Positions 38,076-51,771 are shown, numbered from the stretch's first letter. The stretch: DNA of 64,000 nucleotides from Iphione sp. A-MEVVRFRX5 (GCA_976226885.1 OZ320314.1:74896001-74960000), one strand, 5' to 3'. Notes: a model not told the origin generated them from the sequence alone. A program made the numbers and translations.

Positions 38076-39339
38076 GGCTAAAAAGCCAGATTGACATTTA
38101 CTTTGGGCATCACGGTTCATATATATATTTCCTATGAGAATAAAGACAACCTGGAAGGGTAACACTGACCATTCTACCACCTTCACGATTGTCTGTTAAC
38201 AATATTCAAACGGGATCATATCGACGGAATTCCCATACTGAACAGCTTTTAATTCCAACTATAAATCATTTCAAGGGACCGGCTGAAGCGGCATCGAGGC
38301 CGGCCGGCCGGGCGGCCCACCTTGTCATTTGGCATTGATCAAGTGCTTCTTACCTAAAGCATGATTGGCTGTATGATGTGCATGGGAATGCGTGGGAACG
38401 AAAAATGCTTCCTGTCAAGTTGTATAAAGATCTTTACCTGTGGGTTATGCCTTCATAAAGATGAGTCATCAACTAGTGGTGTGTTATGCAAATACATGTA
38501 CTTAGGTCATATCTATAAGATCTTCCATCGGTAGTACTTAAGCGTCATCAGTGCATTTTGTTTGAGCAACAGTCTAATCTAGCTGCCTGGTATCCCGAGA
38601 CGAACATGCCACAACCTTTCCAAGATTTGAATTATTTCTATGATGCACATTATTACTTTTGGTATTTATATGACGCCTCACCTAAAACAGGTCTTTATTA
38701 TCAATAAATGAAATGCTATGTTCATGTCATTGTGTTCATGTTATTCATGTACAATCACAGTCTCCTACTTGCTCGTGTTCCTAAAACTCAATAATTGGAG
38801 TGACAGCTCTTTGCAGCCTACCTCATTTAAAAGGCTTCCTATACAGGCCACGCCTCCAGAGGGATGACCCTCAACGGTATGCATTATTGTTCGTGTTATA
38901 AATAAATGCACTGAGATAGGCTGTGTGGTTGTGTGAGACAGGATGTGTTCCTGGAGAGCTGGTGGTCCATCAATCGTTAACGTCAAGCATAAATACGAGG
39001 CCGTTGAAGTGAATTCGCATGTAGACGGTATCGAGTTGATCTCAAATAGACCCAAAAAATGGTGCCAAGACATTCCCTTAGAGAGAGCACTTATGGGCCT
39101 TCAGCATTTTAAATCGGATCTTGTGCGAAGTTGCATGGATTTAATGATGCAGAGGAAAACGGAAATGCAGAAGTGTACTGAAATCACTTAAAAACTGATT
39201 CTGATGTAATCAGTACCTTTTATGAGAAGATATAGGGGAGGACATGAGACAAGGGACAGAGACCCCGATTTTAAGTATGTATCTCTGTGAAGATTACACA
39301 CTGATGAGGATGATAGACATTGACAGTTCATGGATTTGT

Positions 39340-39820
39340 CATATGATTTGTTGTCCAAGTGTCCCAAGTTCTAGTTGTTCGGTGTCCTGGTTGTCCTGTC
39401 AAAGGCCCAGTTGTCCCATTATCTTAGTCTAGTTGTCCCATCGTTTTAGTCCAGTTGTCCCACAAAAATCTGGTTGACCCCCTTCTTATTTCCATAGTGT
39501 CTCTGGCTTGTGTGGTTGTCTTAAACTGGTTGTCCTGTCGTCTTAGTCCAATTGTGCCACCCCCAGTTTTCTTATATTTTCATAGTATTTTGGGATAGAA
39601 ATTGTCTTAGTTTTGTTGTACCAAGATCTTAGTCCAATTGTTCTGAGTTTTTAGTCCAGTTGTCTCATATTTTGGTTGTCATGTACCACATTTTCATAAT
39701 ATTTTTCAGCAGAAAGTTTCTTAGTCTAGTTGTACCAAGATCTTAGTCCAATTGTGTCATATTTTAGTTGTCTCGTATCTTAGTTGTCTCGCATCTTACT
39801 TGTCTCACTTCTTTGTCAAA
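39340..39820. repeat. Array of short TTAGTCCAGTTGTC-type repeats
   Basis: Many degenerate copies; the same motif occurs in reverse complement (GGACAACTGGACTAA) at 43350-43510. Confidence 0.8.
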
Positions 39821-40741
39821 TTTGCTTAGCTGACTTACTTTACTTTTTACTCACAGGTTATACTGTTCTTGCTCTTGTTCTGTTCTTGCTCTCAGTCACA
39901 AATTCCTTCTCTTGATTGTATTTCAATTGTATTTTTTATGTTCTACTCTTTTACTGTCTCTTCTTCTGTCAATTACATCTACATCATCTGTTATATTTCA
40001 TATTTCACTTTGCTTCTATGGTTTTTCTTTGCTTTTATTTCCTTCATTTGGTAAAAAAGACAGAAAGCAAAATATCAATTGGGAATTAAAACTTTTATTG
40101 TATCAAAAACACTCATAATTGCACATAAGAACAACATACACATAAGACATATATAGACATATAAAGAGTGGCTTGCACTTAGTCGGCCTCCATGGCTTAG
40201 AGTGCAGGGCTCCACCCCACTAATCTCATGGGTCGTGGCTGGCACATGTTCAATTCCCAGTTCTGCAGCCCAACAATGAATATTAAGCATGACAAAAGTG
40301 GACAAAGGGCAAAACAGGGGGTTTTCACCCCCCATAAGATCATGGGCTAAATCACATGACATTACAGCAGCACATCATTAGAGTGTAGTCATGGAGGTGC
40401 AGGCACTTTAGCTATCTTAGCATTGGTAGCACACCTCTTTGTTGCCAATACACACTCACGGCTAACACAGGTAACCTCCCTTTTATTCATTTTTTTTAGG
40501 TCACCCCCTTATAGGATGGGAGGGTGGTTGGTAGCTATATTTAAAAAAAGCCTTCCCATGTGCAGTTCAGACAAGTTATTCTCAGTTCTACTCACATAAA
40601 GTTGGTGTCTTTTAGGTATTGGTGTCTCATCAAAGAAAAAGGGGGAAAATGAGGCCATTCTTTTATTTTTAGTAATATTTTTTAATAATGCAATAGTTGA
40701 TCTTAGCATTATCTTTTTTAATATTAATCCATAGAAAATAT

Positions 40742-41745
40742 GATGGGACTAAGATCAGTAATCACCAAATAAAGCAGGTTTCACTAAACCCAAAATGCAT
40801 GCCCCTTGGCCCAAAGTGGCTATACTCCCTGAATACATAAATGGAGGATAGCAGTGCCAAAAAGGCTGGTCACATAGGTGCTTAGGCAGGTTTCAGCTCC
40901 TAGTCCACAGAATAATGGAATAATGGAAGAAGTAGACCACAGAGAATGTAGTGACCTACCGATGATGATAAGCCATCAGACATGGAGGTTCTGGAGGAGA
41001 AGAATGTAGCCGAGTCAGTTGGAGAGAACAGGGACTTGAACTTTCTGTTGCAAACATGACTGGAAACACAACCGTTGCACCGCCACTGCTGGCCGGCAGC
41101 ACCACATGAAAACTTAGTGCTATCAGTCAGATGGTGCCAGTAGAGCCACAACTAGAGGGTGGTTTATAGTGGAAGTAATGACCTAGATGTGCCCACAATG
41201 TTAGTGAATGGGAAATTTTGATTGGAAATTGAATTGGAATGGGAAAATAGATGGGACAATTGGACCAGTCATCACTAAATAAAGCGGGATTCACTAAACC
41301 CAAAATGCCCCTGGGCCCGAAGTGGATGTATTCCCTGAATACATAAATGAAGGATAGAGGTGCCAAAAAGGCCGGTCACATAGGTACTTTGGCAGGTTTC
41401 AGCTCCTAGTCCACGGAATAATAGAAGAAGTTGACTGAAGAGAATGTGGAGTCATAGACCTACTGACAATGGCAAGCCATGTCAATGGAAGTTCAGGATG
41501 CTGTAGAAGAGTCATTCGGAAAGAACAGAGACTCGAACCTGCCATCACAGACATGACTAGAAATGCTACCATGGCCAACAGCACCACATGAAAACTTAGT
41601 GCTATTAGTCTCGCAATCATAGCAAACACCCTTACCACTGAGACCAAAGAGCGAATAGATGGTGCCAGTAGCACCATAACTAGGGGATGGTCTACAGTGG
41701 AAGTATTGACCTAGATGTGCCCACAATGTTAGTGAATGGGAAATT
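40742..41745 (+). repeat. Tandem duplication of about 500 bp, possibly of a Gypsy gag relic
   Basis: Units start at about 40742 and 41250 and share TTCACTAAACCCAAAATGC, CAGCACCACATGAAAACTTAGTGCTAT and GACCTAGATGTGCCCACAATGTTAGTGAATGGG; frameshifted CQK.GHI knuckle-like motif; another knuckle-like stretch at about 42600-42690. Confidence 0.8.
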
Positions 41746-43265
41746 TGTAGGACAGGCTGGACCTCCAGGCACTGGAGGCATTGGGCCAACATGCTTAATT
41801 CCAAAAGTACTGTTTCAATGAAGGAGATGTGGACAATATGAATTCAGTGTGGAGTAGCTGAGTGTCATTGATTGCACAACTAAAATGCACCCAATCTATG
41901 CATGGGACTGATGGATAAAGTGACTCATTGGAGGAGTCAGGTGCATTCTACAATATCATCTTGCCAATGCTCGCAGAGTATATACTAACTGGATGAGGCT
42001 CAAAAAGTGCTAGGCAGCAGCTGTCAGCCCCAAGCCCCCGGAATAATGGACCTACCAACAATGTCAATAGTGACCCCCAATGGAAATTAAAGATAATTTG
42101 ACAGTATAAATATGTAATGTGCCTGTTATGTATAATTGAAATACAGATTATCGGGGAGCATGGTTTACTGCCTTGGGTTTCCCATGCATTTATGATGCTT
42201 GGCTGCTATGGCTATGGCAACTAGGTGTTTTCTCATTATTCCTATTAACTGGCTTCTTGGTACTGACCTGATTTTTGGTAAATGGGATGAAAATTATCTA
42301 TATTGTGGGACAGGCCCAGTTTCATATGTTAAATGCAACTTAATTACCTAGCACCCAACAATCCAGGAAGGTCCAAGGTTCCCACCAGCGACACAACGCA
42401 CAAGGTGATGTGCACAACTGACTTGCCCAGCCCCTGCACCATTCCAGGCTGGCTACATCCCACCCACCTGCACTGTGCATAGTCGGTACTGTAGCTGCAT
42501 GCTGCCTAGGTTTGGTGAAGACATGAGAGAATTAATTTAGCCACTTGATCAGGGATTCTACTTACTGGCCCCCGTGGGCCCATCTGCTTTGTGTTTGCAG
42601 CTCTGGAAGGAGAGAAAAGACACTTGTCAGGCAAAGCATCATACAAGTGTCGGGTGGAAAATTTCAATCAGTTGTGCATAACACTTTCTCGTAACTTATC
42701 CCCATCACCGACTACTCCCCGTGATTCTCCATCTGTGCCTTCTGGTACACATTCGTTACCCATTTGTTACCCATTCAGGGTCATTTTGGGTGAGATCAGC
42801 TAGATTGGCATAAAATTAATTTTGTGGATTTTGTCGTCTGTGGGCTGAAACTTTAATGCCTGAATATCCAAAGCTTCTCTTGGCATATTTCATACATTGG
42901 GAACCATAATAGGCTTTACTTGAATCCAAATAGACCCACTTTACTTTGCACTGGTACCCATGCAGCAGACCAGAAGGCCCTTATTTGGTGGGATTTTATT
43001 GGGTGCCATATTGGACCTCTGTGGGAAAATGATAATAGGCCACTTGTTGTTAATTGTTGGGACCATAAGCTGTGGACTAGAAAGACACACCACTGGCTGG
43101 CAGTGGTATTTGTATATGCAGAATGTCCAATATAAACAAAGAAAAATAATGTATTTTGTGCATTTGTGAAGTATTTGTACACAATACTTGATATTAGATA
43201 GAGATTCAATGAAACTTGAAATTTGATTGAGACTATGCTGGGTGGTTGTTGGGTAGAGAGTCCAG

Positions 43266-43552
43266 TTGTCCCATGTGTGTTATTTGTCCCATCCCCAATG
43301 TCCTGTCAACCATTCCCAGTGTCCTGATGACTTAGTGCAATTTGCAAAAACCATAGGCAGGACAACTGGACTAAGAACTCAGGACAAGCAGACCTGGACC
43401 CTGGAATGATTCGACTTAAAAAAAATTGAAAAACCATTGGAAAAATAGACAGGACAACTGGACTAAAAATTCGGGGCAACTAGACCTAAAAAAACGGACA
43501 ACTGGTTAAGTAGTCAGGACATTGGGGATTGGAAATTTTGCACATGGGACAC
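43266..43552. mobile_element. MITE with imperfect TIRs of about 40 bp
   Basis: GTCCCATGTG...ATCCCCAATGTCCTG and CAGGACATTGGGGAT...CACATGGGAC, with internal GGACAACTGGACTAA repeats. Confidence 0.65.
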
Positions 43553-44944
43553 TACGTCAATTTACCCACCATACTTACTATATACCAAACTGAAACTGTG
43601 TATTATATTAATGTGGAGATGAAATTACCATATTTCAGCCTCTTTGGTGTTTCAGTCAGGAGAAAGGGGAGATTCTTTATCCGTAATCAATCATGGCCGT
43701 AGTGTTGATTTAAATACTGTGAGATGAATTGTCAATCACTCTCCTTTAAAATAATACCTTTTTTAAAACTCCGGAACGGATTTAGCCGGAATGAATCGTC
43801 ATCTTTGCTACATTGATCACCAGTACTCAAATAATCTGCTTTTCATAATGTTCTTCGAATGGTTAATCAGATAGGTATGCAGACTGATTTTAGATCAAGA
43901 GCAAATAAGCATTTGATCCAGGCACACAATTATGACTTTCCTGCTCGAGGGTTTCTTTTGTTTCACCAATAGCCTTCATAATATTCGCCTTTAATTGTCA
44001 CGCCTTCCTAGGTGTTTTCGCTTTAACCAATGTCAACCCATTCATGTACTGGACTTCATTCAATGTCTGGAGGTGTTCTGTTGTAAACATGAAGCGTAAA
44101 CAGAACTTTAACAACGCTTCTGGAACAGATGCCTTAGCCACTAGACTGGGTGTCCTTCATAATTAACAGCTGTAGTCTCGTTTTCAACAGCCTAATTGCC
44201 TCACCGCTCTCCTCTCAATCGTACAAATGTAATCAAATAAGCCCTCCATATTGCATTTCCGCAGGACCCTCTGCTGATCTCTTGTTAGGGGAAATTACTT
44301 CAACCAATGAAAGGAATTTTGATCATAATATGTCGATAATTGCGATGAATTCTAGGCGTTTCCGTCTGATCGATTCTACTAACAGAGATATTAATATCCC
44401 CTAAATAGAGAAAATATCTCGCAGAAAATATCTGCGCAAAAAAATATTGTCACGAAGGAAGCAAAGAAAATGAGCGGTATTCCAGCTTAAAATACATTTC
44501 AAGTTTCGAAATGGAAAAATAGACCCAAGGTACATACGTCACATTATATATGTTAAATCCTGGTCTAGATTACCACAGAATAGCCTAGAGAACGTGTACG
44601 CGGTTACATTTATAATATGCTGTGAGAACGGGACACAGCAATGTTCCAGAATCAAGAACACAATATGTATAATTAATTGATTGTACTACTCGTGATAAAA
44701 ACACCATATTTTCATGAGGAAAAGATCACCTAGCCGCTGACTGTTGTTCATCATTCCTTCGGTCTTGTCTGATGATCATCCAATTAAAATGTTTACATCG
44801 ATGTTGTTATAGCTTGCCTTTTAAACTTCAGTGCAAAAGTAGGCATGTAGGTAGAGGTCTTTGTCCGACCCCCTGCCGCCAGACAAAATAACTGTGTTGC
44901 ACGTATATTAAAACTACGGTGGGTGTAAATGAATCATATATTTG

Positions 44945-45130
44945 ATCGAACTGCTTCAGCTTTTTAGGGAAACATGGACCCTCCCATCAGTCTACTCTTC
45001 TCTTCCTCAGAGACCTGCCTGCTAGCTTGACTTTACAAGCGTACAGTATCTCGATCCATATCATACAGATCCACCCATATCACATTATCAGTCTTACTCA
45101 TTTCTATCCTCCGGATAAGACAATGTAACT
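44945..45130. repeat. Dispersed repeat, copy 2
   Basis: Matches 37925-38075. Confidence 0.85.
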
Positions 45131-48100
45131 ACAAAACGTTGTACTGTTACTTTTTTTTCATTATACATATACTTGAGCAACTTGAACGGTTAACGCTATA
45201 ATAAACACGAAAGTTGAAAGAATCGTAAAATTTTAAGAGAGGCAACGAATTTACTGAATTTAGGTGAGCGGTTTCTACGCCTGTGCCCGACTGCATGTGT
45301 GGATTCAGTCTCCCACAAATACAAATTTACGTAGTTTGCTGTTGTTCGACAAATTGAACCCGTGCGCGTCGATGATGAGTCATCCTTGCGAGCATGAGCC
45401 ACTCAAAGCCTATTTATACATTCAACACTTTCTGCAGCTTAGCAGAAAACCATTGTGGCGGCATCATCAATGCGAACACCGCGACGCGCTGACCAGGAAA
45501 AGAACTACATTTTGACAACTTGTACAACAGCCGTGTGCGTCCACGAATGCTTTATATACATCTAACCTCGCCGAACGATCATTACCACATAAATAATCCA
45601 GGCTTCATCAATATCATTCAGCAAGTGGCCAGTAACACCCCTTATTTGTTCAATACATCTCTACGCTTCAGTCATAGAAGGTGATGGCAGGTCGTTGGTG
45701 GCACAGGCACGAGGGGGTCGACGCTCCATCTGTGTGCCACATTTAAAACTCTACAGACACGTGTATGAGCGATGGAGGTAGGTTACATTTCTCTGCGAAC
45801 AGTCGGCTAAAAAAAGTAATCACTGAAGCCACTAGGCAATTTTTGTCTCCTCTCCCTCTATTGCCCTCCGGACGCTGCTTGACGCACGTTACCGTTGTTA
45901 TATCAGCATTGAAATCCATTCCTTATTTTATCCAACCACTCAACGCACACGAACGTATGTCGTGCCAATTGGTAATGCGATCAGGACAACACTGCATTAG
46001 TCGAATACAGGCGATGCGTGATAGGAGACCGAATATCCATATGCCTTGAAGCGGTCACAGACACGGTAGAACATTGCCGAGGGAGGGATTAAATATGCAG
46101 GCCGCTTGTTTTTAACCAGTATATACGTGTACTCTGGTTGTATTGATTGATAGGGGACTACTGAAGCCTGAGTATTTAAGTGTTATAGGGAAGTATTCTG
46201 TGACAATCAACTATTTTCACTTTAATATCTTGCATGCCATTGCATTTTAATCATATTCATGCACGCTATTGGAATGCATTTACTCTCAATGATATCAACA
46301 GCTAAAATTATATCTCTTGTAATAACAGTTATTTTAAGGTACATTTTTCTAATTTGTTATTTTATTGACAATTCACAGTTCTGGGCAATTGTTGTTTTGA
46401 CTCTGCTAATCAAGGAAACGTCTGTACTTTCCAACCTGACCTACCTCTGAAGCACCCTTAGCGTGAGATGTCTTGATAATGGCCGATGGAGAAGTAAAAG
46501 TGAAGTTGATCGCGCCAAAAAAATCATGTATTTCTCTATGATTTAGTGATAGTTAAGAATTCAGTAATGGATCGATTTAAATCTGCATTTCCGCCAAAAG
46601 TTCGAAGATTCTTTTTACATGAATCACTCAATCTATGTATAGTTTCTCCGTCCTCATATCCTCTCTCGCTCGCTCTGTCCATGTCCCTATTTCTTTCTAG
46701 CTCTCTCCATTTCAGTTAATTTGGATTTATGTCTTCAAACCTTAAGAACAAATTATAAAATGTATAAAAAAAAGTATATATTACAAAGGCGGACAACTCT
46801 GGAACTCGTAACCTAAAATTGTTCTATCACTAAACAAAAGTAAATTTATGCATGCATGCAAGGTCAGGTTAAGTTAATCATTATGATACTCTGTAGGTCT
46901 TTTTGTACCATCCCCGGCTATGTCTCGATGAAATGTCTACTTAGAAATGTACCTTTGGGCGATGTCTAGGGAACTAGAACTTAAAAAGAAGAAAAAATAG
47001 ACCAAAAACAACAATACTAACAAACGAAGTGGAATATAACTACAAAATAGATAACTTAGGGATGTGATACCCCAACCATGAACAAATAGTGTTCAAATGT
47101 CTTGTGGAAAAGGTACTACATGGTGTCATATGTCTGAATCAATTATCCTCATCCTTATTCCTTGGGCGCTCCACGATCAGGAAAATAGTGTGTAACTTAG
47201 CCCATTAAATCATTTCACACACATTAATCAACTTCATTTGTATATAAAAAATGTCTATCACCGAAATATGAATACTGCATCAATGGCAACTATTTGCGGA
47301 CATAGCTGAGAAGTCGTACTTATATGTATGTTAGTATCAGGATAAATAAAGAAATAAAAAAAATGTTACAGCCTCCCTTTGTTTTATTTTTTTTAAGTTT
47401 ATAGCTTGGATAAATTCTACGATCTGTTTCTTTGAGAAACTTTGAACAACAGTTTTGTTGATCAATCAGAAGCAATAGCTAAGTCAATAAATCCCTCTGT
47501 AAAATTTACCACAAGGAAAGCAATATGGGACATTGAGATTGTTACTGCTGAAAAAGCTCATCACACCATTAAAAATATTGTAATGTGTCTCTGGTATCGG
47601 AGAAAGGATGACTTCGCAAATAAAAACTGTCCACACTGTAGATAAGATTAGTGTTGTTCTCTTCCAGTGTAATGAGAAAACTGCCTTTATTCAGGAAAAT
47701 CTAGCCCTTTTATACAAAGACTGGCTCTAAAATTAGCCCAAATGATGTAACAGTGCTTCTAAAAATATTAATTAACACCTTTTCCTCTGATCCCTCTTGG
47801 AGGAAGTCAAATGGCACAATACCAACCGTTTTGCTCCAAGTCAGAAGATTATCCTCCAACTCCTTTTTTGGAGGGACCTTCTTGAACTACCAATTTTATC
47901 CCAACACTTAGCCTGTATGCTACAAATATCAATATTAGGCCCCAAAAAATAGGTGTGTTTCTGGTAACACACCCCTACCTAGTAAAACCTCACCCTACCT
48001 AAAAAATTTTTGGCCCCAAAGAGTTTCCAAGGCTGAATTTCCTTAGATATGTGTTTTCACGATGCATATTTTGAGTAAGTTCAGCAAAAAAAATGCAAAA

Positions 48101-48176
48101 TCCATAGAAATTCAACAAAAAACTGTAAAACTAATGCGGATTGGTCAAAATTCTTCATATTATCTTTCTTATTATT

Positions 48177-49845
48177 AGTTGTAATGACAGTGAGTTGGGA
48201 TGGGGGCCTGGTTAGTCCAATAAGTTCAAACCACCTGGATGAACCGTTTTGATGCGGTGAATCCAGCGGCGTTCCCTTTTCTCGCGGGTGGTCTTGTAGT
48301 CCCGCGTTGCTAGACTTTTTAGAAATTCCAGTAGACTGACAGACACATCTTTCCATCCTAGTGTTTGATGGGTAGTGGGTTGACTGAAGTGTCGTGCCAC
48401 TGTGGTGTCTGCCTTGCGCTTGATGTCAGACCTGTGATTTGCAATCTTTCGGCTAGAGTGTTTTGGGTCTGTCCCACATATTGAATTTGGCAGACTTTGC
48501 AAGTGATAAGGTATATCAAGTTATTGCTTTGGCAGTTAATGTTTTGATATGTTTTGAGTATTTCGCCCGTGTTTTTGGCTATAATGTTACCAGTAGTGTT
48601 GAGGGCTGGGCAGAGTCTGCAGTTTAGGGGTGATTTGCATTTGTGTTTGTCTTTTGTCATTATAGATGCTCGACTACTGCTGGTAGGCATGAGTAGGTCA
48701 AATGTATTGTTGGTTGGTAGTTTTGGCTGATTTGGTAACTTGGCTCGTACCAGTCTGTCTGATAGGTTTGTGTTTCTACGTTTGCCATAAATAATCTTGT
48801 AGTCCTGCAAATGGCGAGTGTTCTTGGACTTCCCTAGATTCTGCCAGTGTTTGTTGATTATTTCCCTTATCGGAGGGTTCGCGGGATTATGGGTAGTGAT
48901 GAGGTAGAGGGAATTGTCATCTTCTCTAGTGTTTGAGGTTCTGGTCGAGTGTCGGTTTAGCAGCACATCTGTTCTGTTCAGTTTTGAGACTTTTGATAGT
49001 GCTCCCATTATTATGGTGTCTGGATACCCTCTACCCGATAAGTGCTGGTACATCATGGCAGATTGGAGTAAGAAATCTTCAGTGTTGGAGCAAATGCGTC
49101 TGATTCTTAAGAATTGTGAGTAGGGTATTGAATTTAGGCAGCTTTTTGGGTGGCAAACGGTTCATCCAGGTGGTTTGAACTTAGTGGACTAACCAGGCCC
49201 CCATCCCAACTCACTGTCGTTACAACTGAACTGAATTTAGTTGGATGAGACACCTCGGTGGGCCTTTTGGTCTGTGTGGATGCTACACTAATGTTGTCCA
49301 ACTAGGTCCTACCACACTCAGCTGCAATACCATCTCATGTAAACTTCTACATGGGACCAACACTACTGTCGTATGGGTATGACAGGTTACTGCCTTGAGT
49401 ATATGAAATATATGCCAGAAACCAAAAACTAATACAGATAAGTTCTCCCTTAGAGACTCTGCTAAACACCCAAGGACATTACCAGTCCACAACTAGAAAA
49501 CTAACACCTGAGGAGACTCTTTGTCGAAACCACTGACACTGCACCCTGGATTTGGGATAGTGACACCTTGATGCTCCATCCCTACAACTCCAAATAAAAA
49601 GCATTTTTAGATTCAATGGACCCAGACTATATTGGTGTCCCACTGTAAGCCTATAAAGGTAATTAAATCACAAAAGGGAAGCAGTAGAGTAGGCAGCTAT
49701 GCACTGTGGGATAGCACAGGACACCCTCTCCACCAATGAAAATTCCTGTTCATATGAGAGGGTAAACCAATATACCTGCCTGCAGCCAAGAGCTCTTGGA
49801 ATTTATTATTCCTAATGTGGTAGTGTTAACCAGCCGTCGTCACCC
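48177..49845 (-). mobile_element. 5'-truncated Penelope-like retroelement with an inverted 3' repeat and 15-bp TSD
   Basis: Minus strand: CHPKSCLNSIPYSQFLRIRRICS (RT C-terminus), Cys linker HKCKSPLNCRLC, GIY-YIG NLIYLITCKVCQIQYVGQT, ending ...RWIHRIKTVHPGGLNLLD*, with one frameshift. 48177-48249 is inverted at 49155-49227. ATCTTTCTTATTATT is duplicated at 48162-48176 and 49846-49860. Confidence 0.93.
49505..49562 (+). ncRNA. Hammerhead core in the inverted PLE 3' region; stems I and III degenerate
   Basis: CUGAGGA (49508-49514), GAC-ucuuu-GUC, GAAA (49526-49529), in the sense orientation of the inverted 3' repeat. Confidence 0.5.
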
Positions 49846-50289
49846 ATCTTTCTTATTATTGAAAACCAGAAGAAGAAAGTGAAAGAAAAATTAAAAAAAA
49901 AGATACCCCCCCCTCCCAACCTAAGTTTTTGGTTGGTCGTTACCAGAAACACACCTATTTTTTTTGGCCTTAGAAAGCCAAGTGGCCACACGGATATTCC
50001 CACTAGACTACCATGTGATGCCTTATTGATAGCTTTGATCTGAGTGAGAGATATTATGAATAGCGATGCTGTAGAAGGAAGTTTTCTAACTTGCTGTAAA
50101 ACGGCCCAAATGAAAGAAAAAGTAGCAATTCTCCCATTGAGGAGAAAACTTCTAGAAAAAGAGATTTCTGATGAAATGATAGCCTTTCTCGGGGAAAGCA
50201 AGACTTAGTCATAGTCCGCACAGCTTTCACAAGAACAGGGGTCCTGTTACTGCAGTTGCAACATTTTCCAAAGAGGTAAGCAATTAAAA

Positions 50290-51320
50290 GGCCAAAACAA
50301 GAAATACATGTCCTTCCGGTAACATGTAGAAATCACAAAGCGCCCATAGGTAGGTGTATTTTATTCATTTTTAATTTATCCTAAGAGCAACGTATTGTAG
50401 GGTGTGGGAGGCAATGCTGCTAAGCCTCCCACCCAGTGTTGAGAGCGTTGGCGGTATCACCAACCTCTTGGTACAGGAGTGTGCCTCCTGGGCCATAGGA
50501 TTGGCAGTGCCGCCTAGGCTTATGCACGGTGTTGTACTTGGTGAACTCTGGGTGTGCTCTTTATAGCCTGTAAGTAGGACATGTGTGTTATTTATAGCTG
50601 GTAGGCAGAAATCATTGGTGGTACCACCAACCTTTTAGTATAGAAGTGTGCCTTTTGGGCCACAGGATTAGTGGTGCTGCCAAGGTTTATGCACTGTGCT
50701 GTACTTGATGAACTCTGGACATGCTATTTATAGCCTGTATGTAGGTCACGTGTAGCAAAATCATTCTAAAAAAAATTACTGTGTTGCATATTGGAGATGA
50801 TCATGTGACTGACTGCTGCCTATATATAAGGGGCCCTGTGTGGCCAATAAACCAGTCTGCACTTGGATTATGTTGTGGCTGTTGTCTCTTCAGGGAATGC
50901 TAGGAACACATGCCCACTTGGATTTACCTTAGGGTTAGCCTATTGGAGTAGTGTATTAGATTATCTAATGAGGATTACTATGCCAGGGAATTAAATACCA
51001 TAGGAGCATTTAACAAGTGGGAATAACAACACACATACGACACTTGGGTATATAACTTTATTCCAATGAGTAACTCAAAGTAGATATAAATACGCGAATT
51101 ACAGTATGTACATGTATATGGTAATATCACTTCTAATGCTTAGAATTTAATGAAATGCGTAACATGAGTGTTAATGGTCTAAATAATGAACAATATGCTG
51201 TACTCCATGAGTGTTCATTATTCATTTGGAGGATATTAATACAATAATGAATAAAATGTTCCATTGGAATGAAAATCAGGGTCAGTCGCATTACCAGAAA
51301 CAAATATTTTTCACAAGGCC
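50290..51320. mobile_element. Harbinger-like MITE related to family A, with a nested LTR-like insert
   Basis: GGCCAAAACAAGAAATACATGTCCTTCCGGTAAC ... ATTACCAGAAACAAATATTTTTCACAAGGCC|TAA. Confidence 0.6.
50396..50910 (+). mobile_element. Solo-LTR-like sequence
   Basis: TG...CA ends, TATATATAAG followed by AATAAA, internal direct repeat of about 168 bp (50450 and 50618); no clean TSD. Confidence 0.45.
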
Positions 51321-51351
51321 TAACTATGCTGCAGCAGTATTGTGTCTTTGA

Positions 51352-51696
51352 TGTCATTCAATCATTCAGGAACCCTACAAAGACTAGATGGGATAGCTAG
51401 GATGAGTGAGAGGACTCTAAAATGGACAGAAGCCGATCTAAAGGGTAGAAGCCAGTATATAAGCTGTTTTAAACCACCCCTGCCACCTCTCTCCCTCTAT
51501 ATCCCTACCATCCCCCCGAGGACATTATATTGCATATTTGTACAGTCTGTCATGTTGTTTTTGGCAATCACCTCCTCTGAAGAAATGTGCTGCAAGGCTT
51601 GGTGGGGATTTGAACCCAGGTCTGCCACATATGTTGTTCTCTCTGTACATTGCCTATATGAGAGCCAGCACTCTTATCCACTGTGCCACAGAGGCC
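51352..51696 (-). mobile_element. tRNA-derived SINE
   Basis: Minus-strand head GGCCTCTGTGGCACAGTGG (A box) ... GGGTTCAAATCCC (B box) with an enlarged spacer; ends in a TGAATGATTGAATGA-like tail. Confidence 0.65.
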
Positions 51697-51771
51697 AGAC
51701 AAAGGTAATGCCATAATTCTTTGATTCATTGTTAATGTGGGGGGAGACCCCCCACACCCCCCCTAGCTGGG

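Larger units (their letters stand above)
47938..49969. mobile_element. Family A Harbinger-like MITE split by a PLE insertion
   Basis: TTA|GGCCCCAAAAAATAGGTGTGTTTCTGGTAAC ... GTTACCAGAAACACACCTATTTTTTTTGGCC|TTA; halves 47938-48176 and 49846-49969 rejoin into a reverse-complement copy of 90-425. Confidence 0.9.

Noticed and set aside
51596-51696. tRNA gene
   Set aside because: A and B boxes are present, but there is no cloverleaf or anticodon arm and the spacer is too long; it fits a SINE head better.
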